Shown here: in pieces, positions 50,360 through 63,510 of the stretch
Layout: the number at the start of each line of letters is the position of its first letter
Position numbering within the stretch: position 1 is the stretch's first letter
NCBI GenBank assembly: GCA_964016885.1
Contig: OZ024747.1
Span: forward strand, 13,764,001-13,828,000
Direction: 5' to 3'
Source: Eledone cirrhosa
Taxonomy: Eukaryota
Length of the DNA stretch: 64,000 bases
Notes under the pieces: generated by a model
Seen by the model: only the letters and a program-made list of their open reading frames with translations
Told to the model about the DNA's origin: nothing
Database searches by the model: none
Position numbers and translations under genes: made by a program

Positions 50360-52140
50360 AATATTGTGTACAGTGCCCAGGTGCACCACAACTCATCAAA
50401 AAGTGCATGTACAGTACATAGGGCAATGCACAAACATCAGGAAAATGAACAGTGCACGAGTCATGATACACATGTGTGCATGTATATGGAAGGGTTACAT
50501 CAGGTGTAGTTTTGGCGTATTTCGGGAAGCATGAGTGTCTTAAAGGATGCAGTGTCTCGGCAGCTAACAACTGACGCAGGCAGTTTGTTCCATGCTTCAG
50601 CAACTCTGAGTGTGAAAAAATGTCTACGAAAGTCATGGGAGCTGTGCTGTTTTCTGATTTTGTAGGCATGTCCACGTGTGTTAGACACATGGAGATCAAA
50701 AAGGTGCTCAGGGTTGCAATTGGCGAGATGGTTAATAACTTTGTGGGTATTTGCCAAGTCCATTGCCAGACGTCGGAGCTTCAATGAATCCATGCCCAGG
50801 GAAGCAAGGCGTTCAGAGTATGGTAGGTGTCTGATGGAGGGTATGCGCTTGGTTGCACGTCTCTGAACAGTTTCCAGGAGGTCAATGTTCTGAGCAAGAT
50901 AGGGGTTCCAGACTGATGATGCGAATTCCAAGTGTGGTCGTACCATAGCTGTATACAGTTTTAAATAGATGGCTGGAGAGCGGCTAACAAAGGTCTTGCT
51001 GAGTGATGCCAAGACACCCTCGGCCTTCTTGACAATCTTAGAGACATGCTTTGTCCAACGCAAATCACTGCTGACAGTAATGCCCAGGTCACGTTCACAA
51101 GAGGACTTCTTGATATCAGTGTTGTGGAGGGAGTATGTGGATGCTGGATTTTTCCTCCCAAAATGCATGGTGGTACACTTGTCCACAGCCAGCTTCAGTT
51201 GCCAGTCTGTGATCCATTGCTGCATTGTGTTCAGGTCTGATTGTAGGAAAGAGTTGTAGATTTCAGGATCAGTCCTTTTGATTTCAAGGTACAGCTTGAT
51301 GTCATCTGCATATTTCAGTACCTTGGCATTCTGTAAGTTGGCATCTATGTCATTAATATATGCCACAAACAAAAGGGGACAAAGAACAGATCCCTGTGGT
51401 ACACCAAATGACATCTCATATGGTGAAGAATGCTGTCCCAGAACCGTGACTACCTCTTTTCGGCTGAGAATGAAGGATTTCAACCAGTTAAAAAGATCAT
51501 CCTTCACACCCATTGCAGAGAGTTTCACCATAAGTCTTTTGTGTGGCACAATTAAAAGCCTTAGCAAAGTCAAGGTAAACAACATCCACCCATGAGCTGC
51601 TGTCAGTGATCCGGGTGATGTCTTCAAGGAACTCGATAAGCTGATCACAACAGCTGGAGTTAGGGATAAATCCAAACTGTGAGGGCCGGATGAGGTTGTG
51701 AGAGCTCCAGAAGTTCCAAAGTGTTTCTCTGACACAGGATTCCATCAGTTTGGCCATACAGCTAGTAAGACTGACTGGACGATAGTTGATAGGTGACATG
51801 CGGTTGCCCTTTTTGAACAGGGGAATGACACTGGCAGTTTTCCACTGCTCCGGAGTAGCACCATTGTTGAGACAGTATTGAAAGAAGAAAGAAAGCTGGC
51901 GCAAAAGGAAATACCCGCCACGTTTGAGAAGCAGGTATGTAACACCATCAAGACCAGGGGAGGCATAGTTGCGCTTATTCTTAAGGTGACGTCGCAACAT
52001 TGAAGGTGTAAATTCCATAGTTGTTATGGAATTTGATGTTAGAGATGGTGGAGATGGTACATTCTAGTTTTCAACAGTAAAAATACTTGCATAGCACTCA
52101 GCAATGAGTTCTGCGCATTCTTTGTTTGAACTAATGCTTA
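50325..52140 (-). mobile_element. 5'-truncated CR1-like LINE with near-intact RT and (ATT)n tail
   Basis: SPGLDG, WKTASVIPLFKKG, NYRPVSLTS, QFGF, VDVVYLDFAKAF, GVPQGSVL, YADDIK, ERDLG, VRPHLEFASSVWNP. One frameshift at about 51550; stop at 50500; 3'UTR then (ATT)n. Confidence 0.92.
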
Positions 52141-52206
52141 AAATCAAGAAACTTGAAATAATGGAGTGAATCTTCAGTTTTAAATATGTGTATAAATATA
52201 TATATA

Positions 52207-52249
<43 letters not shown>

Positions 52250-53144
52250 TCACACACACATTTACATACCTAACCCTAACTCTAGCCAGTATCTGGTAGA
52301 TATGGGTTCAATTCCTTGTAGCAGCTGATGGCAACTTCATTTCCCATCTTTAAGGGTTTTCACCTTATTTCATAGCATCTTCATGCATGAGGCACCATCC
52401 TTTACATTAACTTCATCCCTCAGCACTTCATAAAAGTCCAAGAGATTGGCTTCATATACATGATGTTTGTTCACATTTATAAGCTGTGATTCATGATGGT
52501 AAGAGTTGTCGTGGTCCCTTTGCTTAATAGTTTAAAGTGCCTAGACAGTATCTGTGAGATATGGGGTTCAATTCCTCATAGCAGCCTTTTTCTATCTTTA
52601 AGAGTCTTCACCCTATTTTATAAACTATTTTATAGCATTTCTGTACAAGAGTACACCATTCTTTATATTAAATATATATACATATATACATATATATATA
52701 GAGAGAGAGAGAGAAAGAGGGGAAGGTATAAACCCGATCATGATTGCAAGTGGACCGTGATTGCAAGTTTGTATTCAGCCAGCCTTTTCAAGTGTCCTGG
52801 GGGTGGCTTTGAAGAGAAGGAAAGTGATGACTAGAAGCTCATCAATGGGTGTGAAGGGATATAAGATTGGTGGATATATATAGGGCTATTATGTACCACT
52901 TCTTTCACAGCTGTCATCATCCATATATCTAACAAAAACATGGTACAAACTACCAAGTCATACTCGATTGTGATTGACAGCTGTAGTAGTTTTATACACA
53001 CTTGCACACACTTTTATATATAAATATATAAACATATATATAACTTCAAAATAAATAGTCCATTGTTGTATGTTTGTAATGTAGCAGGAGCTTTTTTTTT
53101 TTTTTATAAAAATAGAAGCAAATTCTTTTCTTAATTCCTTACAG

Positions 53145-53207
53145 GAAATTAAAGAACATATGGCCAGTCCTGCTACAAAGTCAAAAGAACAAGCAAAAGT
53201 GAGACAA
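53145..53207 (+). CDS. STX6: Syntaxin-6 coding exon 4
   Basis: ttaattccttacAG|EIKEHMASPATKSKEQAKVRQ|gtaagt. 63 nt, phase 0/0, in frame with exons 3 and 5. Confidence 0.9.
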
Positions 53208-53559
53208 GTAAGTTTTCCAATAAACAATCTTTTTTTCTTAAAAGATTCGGAGTAGGGAAAAATCCTGAAAATTTGGTAGCTAGTTTGTGTAAGTTGCAAA
53301 ATGGTCTGTTGGTTGATTAGTTTGAAACCTGGCACAGTTTTCTCAAATTTTCAAATCCAGTCTCATTATTCTGTTTGTACCTTCATCATCATCATTATCA
53401 TATGACTAGTTTCTATACCTGCTGGAGTTAGACATGTTGTCATGTTCTATGGTGAGTTGGTCTGGTGACCACATTGTGCTCAAACATTCTGCTTTTGGCT
53501 TGGTTTTTATGACTGAATGCACTTTACAGCATGTATTTGGTGCGTTTTATCATAGCACC

Positions 53560-53757
53560 ACCACTATCACTTGACATGATGGACTGGGTGCTTTTTAATG
53601 TGCCCCCAGCACAACCACCTTACAGGGTGGACTGGATGTCTTTTATCATGGCACCAACACAACTGCCTTATAGGGTGGACTGGATGTCTTTTATCATAGC
53701 ACCAACACAACCACCTTACATGGTGGGTTGGATGCTTTTCATCATGAAACCAGCACT
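53560..53757. repeat. ~48-bp minisatellite derived from retroposon sequence
   Basis: GCACCAACACAACCACCTTACAGGGTGGACTGGATGTCTTTTATCATG-like unit about 4 times; a related ~49-bp array lies at 61445-61620. Confidence 0.7.
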
Positions 53758-53895
53758 GAAGAGTTATTAATGGGAGTGGTGGAGGTGAAACCACTATAGG
53801 AGAGGTAGTATGGGTCATGGAGGTGACATTGAAAAGAATTTGTTGCATCAACATTTGTTAAAAATATTAATGATTAAATCTAACTATTCTTTCAG

Positions 53896-54015
53896 GCATT
53901 GTTAACTACTAACGGACCTAGCACTAACAGAATGGACACCCGGTATTCCAGACTTGATACAGAAATGGAGAGGAGTAATCAAAGATTTATTGATGATAAT
54001 GAACAACAGCAACAA
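53896..54015 (+). CDS. STX6: Syntaxin-6 coding exon 5 (linker with YxxL sorting motif)
   Basis: ttctttcAG|ALLTTNGPSTNRMDTRYSRLDTEMERSNQRFIDDNEQQQQ|gtaagg. 120 nt; YSRL corresponds to the vertebrate YGRL motif. Confidence 0.93.
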
Positions 54016-54107
54016 GTAAGGACTTTACCCTTTCATCACTATATTTCTAATGAAAAACACTGATTATAATTTTTAAAATAATTAAGAATTATGAGGGATT
54101 TAGTAAT

Positions 54108-54450
54108 CCATTTCATTTCATTTCATTTTACGTCCACTTTTCCCTGCTTGCAAGGGTGGGACGGGAACTGATTCTGGCTTGATTTCTACAGCTGGATGCC
54201 CTTCCTAACACTAACCTCATTTACAGTGAGTGCTGGGTGCTTTTTTGCCGTGGCCCCTTCACGACCACTTTGCAGTGGAATGATAGGGACCCCAGTCCCT
54301 ATCATCTCATTTCTACAGCTGAGTAAACTGGAGCAATGTGAAATAAAGTGTCTTGCTCAAGGAAACAACACATCACCTGGTCTGAGGATTGAACTCACAA
54401 CCTTTCGATTGCAAGGCCAATGCTCTAACCACTAAGCCATGTGCCTCCAT
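54108..54450 (-). mobile_element. Full-length tRNA-derived CORE-type SINE nested in a family-A MITE
   Basis: Minus head GGAGGCACATGGCTTAGTGGTTAGAGC...GAGTTCAATCC (A and B boxes), then CORE-like segment and LINE-shared 3' end. MITE halves at 54026-54107 and from 54461. Confidence 0.82.
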
Positions 54451-56677
54451 CTAGCCATGTGCTAACTTTCTCATAAGCTGGTGTTTGGAACATAACCTAT
54501 GAAAGGTTCTTACATATATTACCTATAACAGTTGTAGTAGAAACAGGTTAGGTGTTGGGGCTTAGGCAGAACACAGTTTAACTCTTAAAATCCTTATTAA
54601 TGATTTAGCAGAAAATATTTTAAAATGAATTCTTTAATTCAAAGGTTTATAGTGTCTTTACTAGTAGATAGATTGTTGTAAAAATATCTTTACAGTATTA
54701 GTATAAACACTTGTCTAATGTGATGTAGTCAGTGCTATTTTGTACTTTCCAATAATGTTTTGCTAATGTGGTTTCATATGGTACAGGATGTTAAAAGTTA
54801 ACCAACAAATAATGATGCTACTCGTTATGGTGATGATGATGATGATAGCAATAATGATGGTAGCTTCATGCTGCTGCTGCTGCTGATGATGATGATGATA
54901 TTGATGATTGTGATTTAAAAGATTGTCTTTTGAAGTAGATATTATTAACCAGAGCAAACTCACATGTGCACTTATGCACACACAACCACACATGTGCACT
55001 TAAGCACACTACTACACATGCACACATACTGAATGAGTAGCTTAGTAAGATTGAAGTGGTATATATCAGCTCATTGCATGGACAACACATGCATATACAC
55101 ACCCTCTTGCAATTATACACACACAATTATATACAAAATTAGGCATAGATGTCCATGGACAGATTCATACATGTGTACATGATGGCATACAGCCAAGTAT
55201 GGAGAGATAGCAAGCATAGTGATAGATCCTCCTTTGGTTTTGACGATGATCATCCAATTGTGTGATAAACTGAACATCCAACTCATGAATTAATGTGCCA
55301 GTGGTTGAGTATACCATAGGTACATATACTCTTAACCCGATTCCCAAGCTGAATCAGCATGACACAATATGGAACTTTGAATTACTGATACAGTCCATCT
55401 TGTATTATAGTGTATATGGTTGAGTATTCCACAGACATATGTACCCTTAATAAAATCTCCAAGCAGAATCAACACAATACTGTATACAATAAGGCTGGAC
55501 TTTCGAATTATAGGACCAGTTCATCTGATGGCTTTTCAAACAGCTTCTGTCTACCCAATTTTACCCACAAAGCTTCGGTTGACCCTAGGCATTTGCCTGA
55601 GATGATTGTAAAGAAAACTTCTTTCTTAAGTATTTGACAATGCTGCATTCACATCAACATGAGTAATATAAAACTGGTTAAGTAGTTAGACTAAATGTAT
55701 ATTTTAATAGCCAATCTCAAGGACAACCATATGAGATCATCATTATTATTATTTCTTGGTCATCCACTCACATCTCCCATTAGCAGTGCTGTAGAAATTT
55801 CTTGCTGTAAAATCTCTACCTTTTTTTCTTCAGTAATTTTTAGAAACTTTCTAGTTGTTGTTTTGTGATCCCTAATCACTTCTGAGTAAGCAGATTAATG
55901 GCATTCTAGCTATGACCATCCATATATATTTTCCCCCAGATATATTGTACTAGCTAAGCTCACTTTTGACTTGCATCTGCAGCTGTCTTGAAATGTGAAC
56001 AAAGAAAACATTTTACAATCTAGTGAATAAAATAGTTCATATATACTTTATATAAATTGAACAGACATTGTATTTTATATAAATTGAATTTATAATCAGT
56101 CATGATGGTTGACAAGTTTTGATTACATCAACTCTCTTGTTACCATAGTGCAGGTAATTTCTCTTTGAATGGTGTCATTAAAAGGAGCCTTGACATGGCC
56201 AGTTTCCCATTACAACTGGAGCCTGCCATAGTGGCAGTAGGTGCCCAGATAAGATAAATCTCTAATCTGGGATGCCACATGTTGTGACATGTTCACCTGT
56301 TCCAACTTTGTTACTTTGGTTGCAAAATCAGGAGGCATGCATACTGCCTGGGGAAGGATCACAGTGAGATAGAATGGCTGATGTTGACTGTTCTTCACAT
56401 GAATTCTTTTGCTTCCTTATCTGCAGGGCACAGCTGAGATATACAGCTTAACCAAAGCTGTAAAGTAGTCATAGGTAAATTGCAGCTTGTAAGCTGCATG
56501 TGGCTCATTTGGCTGTCTGAAAAGCATGGCTAACAAAAAAATACTGAGAAATGTTTTTAGTAGTGTAGCCTGTCTTATGATGTGCCATATCTCATGTGGC
56601 TTACTGCTCATAAAAAGATGTTTTATCTTTTTGTTTTATTTTCTCCCTGTTTTATGTCTGTTCTTTCCTCTTTGCAG

Positions 56678-56784
56678 ATGTTGATTAACAATCAAGATGA
56701 CCAACTGGATATGATAGGAGCCAGTGTTGGCGTCCTGAAAAATATGAGTCATCAAATTGGTAATGAACTGGATGACCAGAATGT
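56678..56784 (+). CDS. STX6: Syntaxin-6 coding exon 6 (Qc-SNARE motif, N-half)
   Basis: ttcctctttgcAG|MLINNQDDQLDMIGASVGVLKNMSHQIGNELDDQN-GT|gtaagt. 107 nt; the zero-layer Q lies in ELDDQ. Confidence 0.96.
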
Positions 56785-57607
56785 GTAAGTTGTTTTCATA
56801 AGTACTACTTAGCTGAGATAGAATATTCTAGTAGCTTACATCTGAATTGTATGTTTATATGTAGCTGATGTTATTTCTGCAAAGATTAGCAATAGCTAAT
56901 CTCTACTAAAATTATGTAATGTATAGTTTATAGGTCAGTGGAGGATATTTTTGTTTTTTAAATAAACTTATGTATGATACATTTATGTAACTACTTGTAC
57001 TTGTGTTGCTGTTCACTCAGGATGGTTTGAGCTGCCTTTAAGCTGTTCATCCATGGCATCACAAACTGGGTTACTCATACATGGCTGTCATAGACTTTCA
57101 ACACAGTCAGCCAGTCAATATTCCAATAGTAGACACTATATATGCAATGGAGGAGCAAATATTATCTCAAAATCTGACCTGATCTTGCCAAGCCATTTTT
57201 TTAATTGTCTGCCTCAATGCCTTTCATCCTTTCGAAGTTGATAAAAATGTACCAGTCTAGTACTGGGATTCATTCTTCCTTTATATCTTTCTCACTTCCC
57301 CTCTCTCGTTTTCTAGCCCTCCAAGGAAGAAATCTGCTGTGTTCAGACCTGGAGAGGAATGGGCTCCACCAGGCTTAAAATGCCCCCAAAATGTCATACC
57401 TCACAATGACACCCCTACAACTCCATCAGGAGTTACGGGACCATACCATACCTCAATGTTTACAACATCATTGTGGGAGGGGCTATGGTGCAACTTCAAT
57501 GTGGCTGAGTTCACCTCATGAGGGGTGGAGTACATGACCAATCCAATGGAGGCACTTTGATATCCCTTTGTAGTTTTGTCAATATTTTTACACCTTTCTC
57601 TTTCCAG

Positions 57608-57702
57608 AATGTTAAGGGATTTTCACAAAGATTTGGAAAGTGCTGATTCCAGATTAGATAGTGTGATGAAGAAAATGGCAAAAGTATTACATATGTCAAA
57701 TG
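57608..57702 (+). CDS. STX6: Syntaxin-6 coding exon 7 (Qc-SNARE motif, C-half)
   Basis: ctttctctttccAG|A-MLRDFHKDLESADSRLDSVMKKMAKVLHMSN-G|gtgagc. 95 nt. Confidence 0.96.
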
Positions 57703-57829
57703 GTGAGCTTTCCTTCTTATATATTCACATCACTGTCCCCTCCCCTCCTTGTCTGTAAATTTAACTCTTTCATTACTATATTTCTAATGAAAGACTGCTT
57801 TTAAGTTTTAAATTATCAACAATTTTAAT

Positions 57830-58092
57830 AATAATAATAATAATAATAATGAAATTATTGTGTACAGTGCTCAGGTGCACTACAACTCATCAAAGGTGCA
57901 TGTATAGTACATAGAATAATGTACAAATGTCAGGAAAATGGACAGTGTACGAATCATGAAATACATGTGTGTGTGTGTATGGAGGGTGGACATCAGGTGT
58001 AGTGTTGGCGAATCTCAGGGAGCATGGAGATTTTAAAGGATGCAGTGTCTCAGCAGCTAATAACTGATGCAGGTAGTTTGTTCCATGCTTCG
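57830..58092 (-). mobile_element. CR1-like LINE 3' fragment in intron 7
   Basis: Homologous to 50325-50600 (AWNKLPASV...SFK), with (ATT)n tail. Confidence 0.85.
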
Positions 58093-58129
58093 TGATTTAG
58101 TCATATAACTAACTTTATATCATTATTAC

Positions 58130-58319
58130 GGTGGATTGGCAGTATCGGTAGAGAGTCGGACACCATGCTTTGAAGCATAGAGTTACGTCCCTTTATGATC
58201 TGAGTTCAAATCCTGCCAAGGTTAACTTTGCCTTTCATCCTTACGGGGTCGATAAAATAAAGTACCAGTAATGTACTGGGTAATTGCTGGCCTTGTGCCT
58301 AATGCCTAAAATAGAAACA
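58130..58319 (+). mobile_element. SINE family B with ATTATTACG TSD, inside a family-A MITE
   Basis: ATTATTACG at 58122-30 and 58320-28. The MITE continues (GCTGGTGTTTGGAAC) and ends in a ~57-bp tandem repeat at about 58410-58625. Confidence 0.85.
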
Positions 58320-58723
58320 ATTATTACGCTGGTGTTTGGAACATAACTGAACAAAGTTTCTTGCATAAAATTAGGATTCAGAATTTTTAGATAAAGATAA
58401 ACCCTTCAAAATGAACAGCTTTGTATCATTTAACCTGATATAGGTTCAAGCTGTTTAATATCAAAATAAAAAGTTTTGTATCATAGAACTATATACAGGT
58501 TCAGGCTGTTAGGTATCAAATAAACAGCTTTGTATAATAGAACCACATACAGGTTCAGGCTGTTAGGTATCAAATAAACAGCTTTGTGTCATAGAACCAT
58601 ATACAGGTTCAGGCTGGTATCAAATAAGTTGAAACCTTTCACCTGTTTTAGTTTGAACTTGATGATGTCAGTGTATTATTTATTTAAATATTTTTACCTG
58701 TATTTCCTTTGTTTTACTTTCAG

Positions 58724-58800
58724 ACCGACGTCAGTGGTGTGCAATTGTTGTGTTGATAGTTATAATGGTGATTATCATAGCTCTATTTTTTCTACTTTGA
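58724..58800 (+). CDS. STX6: Syntaxin-6 terminal coding exon 8 (C-terminal transmembrane anchor)
   Basis: gttttactttcAG|AC-RRQWCAIVVLIVIMVIIIALFFLL-TGA (58798-800), immediately followed by a second TGA. DRRQWCAI matches syntaxin-6. Confidence 0.96.
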
Positions 58801-60389
58801 TGAAGTGGGAATTGTTGCTGGCATTGCTTTTTTTTTTGTTTTGTTTTGGGGGGTAGGTGGTTGGGTGGGTATGGAACAGGAATAGTCAGTATATGGCTGA
58901 ATATCTTCAGTGTCTGAGCTACATAATAACAACAACAACAACATGAAAAAAAAATATGGAGAAACACATATTAAACACATCTATGGGTTATTTGATCCTG
59001 TTTGATTCGGTGATACTATACATATTGTGAATACACTAAATTTTTACAGCAATTCTGGTAGTAACAGCAACAATTTGTAGCACAGCCACTGCCTGCCTGC
59101 ACTGGACTGTAGAGGACAATCTCACCCCTCCCTCACCATTATTAACAATTGATAACACCCTCCCCCATTCCCACATTTCTGTAAAAAATAAAAAAAAATA
59201 AAAAAGACTGCCCCCCCCCAAAAAAAGCAAAGCACCACACCTACCCAGTTCTAGTGTCTGTGTTTGGGATATGACGCCTGTTCTTCACTGCTGCCCATTC
59301 TTCGAGGATTTTCAAATTTGTTGGAAGTTTGGAAGCTGAAAATGTTGGCTGATCTATAGAAGATAAAATCAAATGTGACCTGCAACATTCCAGCACCTGT
59401 TATGTAAATGGTCCGATGTGAATCTCTTAATCTCTGATAAAAACAGATTTTTAAACCAAAAGGACAAAATCGGTTTTCATTTATATTTTATGGATAATAT
59501 CATCATTATTATTATTATTGATAATATTATGTTAAATTTTGGTTCTTGTTTTTATTCTAAAAACACCAGTTGGTGAAAATAGAAAGGAGGGAAAAAAACA
59601 AAACAAAAAATAAACTCAAACAAGCTAATCAACTTACTAATTAGGGTAACAAACATACAAACAATATATATATAATGTTTTGAGGCCTGGTATTTAATCT
59701 TCAATACAAACACACAGATATGCTTAGATTTCTGCACATACACATACATGGTGTCATGTAATTTATTGATGCATTCATAGACACACACATACAGTGTAAT
59801 GTATATATCCATGCATACATACAGTGTCATAGAGTTATTTGTGCATATTTACACACATACATAGTGTAATGTATATATTCATGCTTACATACATACATGT
59901 CATGGATTTATTCATGCACATTTACACACACGCACACACATACATACATACAATCACATATATTCATGCACATATACACACATACACATACAGTGTGATG
60001 TATATATCCATGCACATGTATGCACACAAACATAGACATATGCAAAATGTTTCTTTGCGAGGTTTTTAAAAGACCTGTTTCTAATTTAACACAATTTTAG
60101 TTTTAACCATCATCTTCATTGTAAACCATCACCATCATCATCTTTACTCTTTTTTGTTGTTCTTACTTTTTGAATACTTAAATAATGAAAACACACACAA
60201 TGTATTGAAAGAATAAAAGACATTAAACCATTTTACTAAAGCCATTGGACATGTTCAGGTGTAAATTTGGCTGGTTAGTTCAATTTCTTTAAGAAAGACA
60301 ATGAAAATATAATATAATAAATTATGCAACATAACTACAGAAGGAAAACTTGAAGTATTTTTTATTTTATTTTATTGTTTTTATTTATA

Positions 60390-60560
60390 CAGTGGAATTC
60401 CGTTATAACAAAATTCATGGGTATAAAAAAAAATTGTTGTAACGAAAAATTCTTTATAACGAGATCGACCAAAACAAATTGAGCGTTTGTTTGTTATTAA
60501 CTTGGGCATTGAAACAAATTTTGTTATACTGAAAAATTTGTTATAACAGAATTTTACTTG
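60390..60560. mobile_element. pogo/Tigger-like MITE
   Basis: TA|CAGTGGAATTCCGTTATAAC ... GTTATAACAGAATTTTACTTG|TA, with internal GTTATAAC subrepeats. Confidence 0.6.
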
Positions 60561-63342
60561 TAATATAGGTACTGAATCACTAAGGCGAAGAATTGGCAGA
60601 GTCGTTAAGATGTCGGATAGAATGCTTTATGGTATTCGTCCCACCTCATTGGACGCTCTGAGTTCAAATCCCGCCATGGTCAACTTTGCCTTTCATCCTT
60701 TTGAAGTCGATAAAGTACCAGTCCAGTACTGGGGTCAATTCTTTCTCTATAGAAAAAATTGGCTGTGTTAAGACCTGGAGAGAGTTTGGCTCTGCCAAGT
60801 TTAAAAGTACCCTAGACACAGAGTTATGGGATAGCTTTCTTTTTATATATATACATGTGTGAAGGCATGTGAAAGTCCCAAATGCAGAAAATAACAGCTA
60901 ATCACTATAGATGATAGTTGAGAAAACTGAGTAAATTATCCTTAGAGATAGAAAAAAGTGGGCATTCCTGTCCATATTGTTTTCCATCTCTAAAGGTAAT
61001 TTACACAATTTTCTTAACTAGTTATAGTGACTGACGTTTATTACATTTATTTTATACGTTAGGTAATCTCACATTTTCATATTTTACTCCAAGAAACAAG
61101 CAAATGATAAATGTAAAGGGAACATTTTTTGTGTTTTGTGAATGGCTAAAATGACCCTTCCAAAATGTAATTACTTTAGTTATATGTGATCACTTGAAGA
61201 TATATTGTATAAGTTGTGTATGATGTAATAAGAAAATTTGAGTCACCATCTAACATCTATTTTCGATACTTGCATAAGTTAGACAGGCTGTCGCATTAAT
61301 GAGGCTAGATAGGTCAAATAGTCATGTCTTATTCATATAATCCATTTAGATAGGCCAAGTGACCATGTCTTGCTCATGCAGAATGGTTTTGGCTTGGTTT
61401 TCACCAACCACTTTAGTGTGTATAGAGAGCTTTTTTTCATGGCACCTCCACTACCACCTTTCAAAGTAGACTAGGTCTCTTTTCTTGTGGCACCAGTACA
61501 ACCACTTTATAGGGTGGACTGGGTGTCTTTTCACTGTGGCAACAGCATGACCACCTTATAGGGTGGACTGGGTGCCTTTTCATTGTGGCAGCAGCATGAC
61601 CACCTTACAGGGTGTACTGGATACTACTTGTAGCAGCCACTTTACAGAACAGACAATATTTTTTGTTATGACACCAGCACAGAGCTAGTGGTGCATCATG
61701 GAGATGGCCTTGAAAAGTGTGAGTAAATTATAAAAATGTCACAGCTGTCTCCTTTTATCTCTTCCAACAACAAAACTGTTTCTACTTTGTGAGCCTTCAC
61801 TGACACCATTTCTTTTCATTTTCAACTTATTTTATGACTATTTTGCTTTTCTTTCAGCTGTTATTGATAAATGATAAAAAAAAAAAAAACTTTAAATATA
61901 TGAGATAAGATCATCGTTTTTATGACTATACTGATATGGATTTGAACAGGATGGTTTGAGACAATTTTTTACAGCAGGATACTGTTCCTGATGCCAACCC
62001 TTTTAGTTGCCTCTTATGACACAGGGATAGTGTATTGTAAAAGGGAAGTATGAAGTATGATGCTTTGTGTCACCATTGACAGCAATATATATGAATCAAC
62101 AGACCTCCTTTACCTAGCTGCAAATACCTCATCAGCATTGTGTCTTGCTCATTCACAGTTTTATGTTAGCCAGGTTGTCATGTTAGTAGGTTTTGCAAGT
62201 AGACAGGTTAGATGACCATGTCTTGCTCATATGATGCAGTTTCTAGAACTGGATTCCAACATTTAATGCTAATCACTTAACATTTTATTGTAACTACTTT
62301 TCATTGTGAACTGGGTGCATGATATTGTGACACTAGCACTACCAGTTCAGTCTGGAATGGGTACATATTATTGTGGCACCAACACTGTAACTTTACAGTG
62401 TATTGATGACTCCCACAATTATTGACCTGTATATCAGTTGGTTGGTATATTATCTGATCCTATGCTAAGTGAGAATCTCTAGGTGGTACTTAACCAGCTA
62501 AATGACAGTGATTAAAGTAAACAAAGAAAGTTATTTGTATACCTGCTATATATAAAAGACTTCAAATTGAGTCGTTAAGGAGACAGATTAAAAATGCCTT
62601 AACATTTTGAGTTCAAATCCTGTGACGGTCAACTTTCCTTTTCATCCTTGCAAGGTCGATATAGTACTGGTGTTGAGGATTTTTAATTCTCTGGAAAAAA
62701 TTGGCTGTGTTCCAACTTAGAGGGGAATGAACTCCACCAGGTTTTAAATGTCCTAGACACACTATCAAGACAGTGCCCCAACAACTCCATCACGAGTTAA
62801 GGGCCCTATAAAGACCAGTGATTAGGAAATTAATAGGCTCATTCCTATATTGTATGTAGGTTCATTAGATAGAATATAGGAAAGTACAGTCAACCCTTTG
62901 ATAACGAATAGAATCATGTTAACAAACGGCTTCCTCATTAAAATAACGAAATGTTGCTTGAGCTCGCCCATGCAATTTCTGTATGCGTGTGCATGACATA
63001 AATTTTATGTTGAATTATTTCCCTTAGATCAGATTCTTAATGTATCAAAACAAACTAGAAGTAAATTATTTTTATGGATGTATTTTTTTTTATTTTTAAG
63101 GGAAAGCTTTGGGCGTAGACTTTCGGTATTAGGTCTTTAGATGCGGTCACAAATTATGTTCTGCAGTAAATCAAAATGTCAACTGTATCGTACTAAGTTC
63201 GTTTTGTTTCGCTATTAGAGACAAATGTAATTATCTTCACTTTGAAACCTGTCTAATAAAAAAAATAACATCCATGGTTATGTTTTAGGGGAAATTACAC
63301 CGAAATAACAGTATTGAGTTCTACGCTTGTTTGTTAAGAATG

Positions 63343-63510
63343 GTCGGACGCCATGCTTTGACGCATAGAGTTACGGCCCTTGCCATTCTGAGTTAAATCC
63401 CGCCGAGGTTAACTTTGCCTTTCATCCTTACGGGGTCGATAAAATAAACTATCAGTAATACACTGGGATAATTGCTGGCTTTGTTCCAAAAAGTAGAAAC
63501 AATTATTATT
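63343..63510 (+). mobile_element. SINE family B (5'-truncated)
   Basis: Same core and tail as 14148; older related copies at about 60590-60740 and 62600-62670. Confidence 0.8.

Noticed and set aside
54380-54450. tRNA-like sequences (also SINE B heads)
   Set aside because: A/B boxes run directly into SINE bodies with no complete cloverleaf; these are SINE heads, not tRNA genes.
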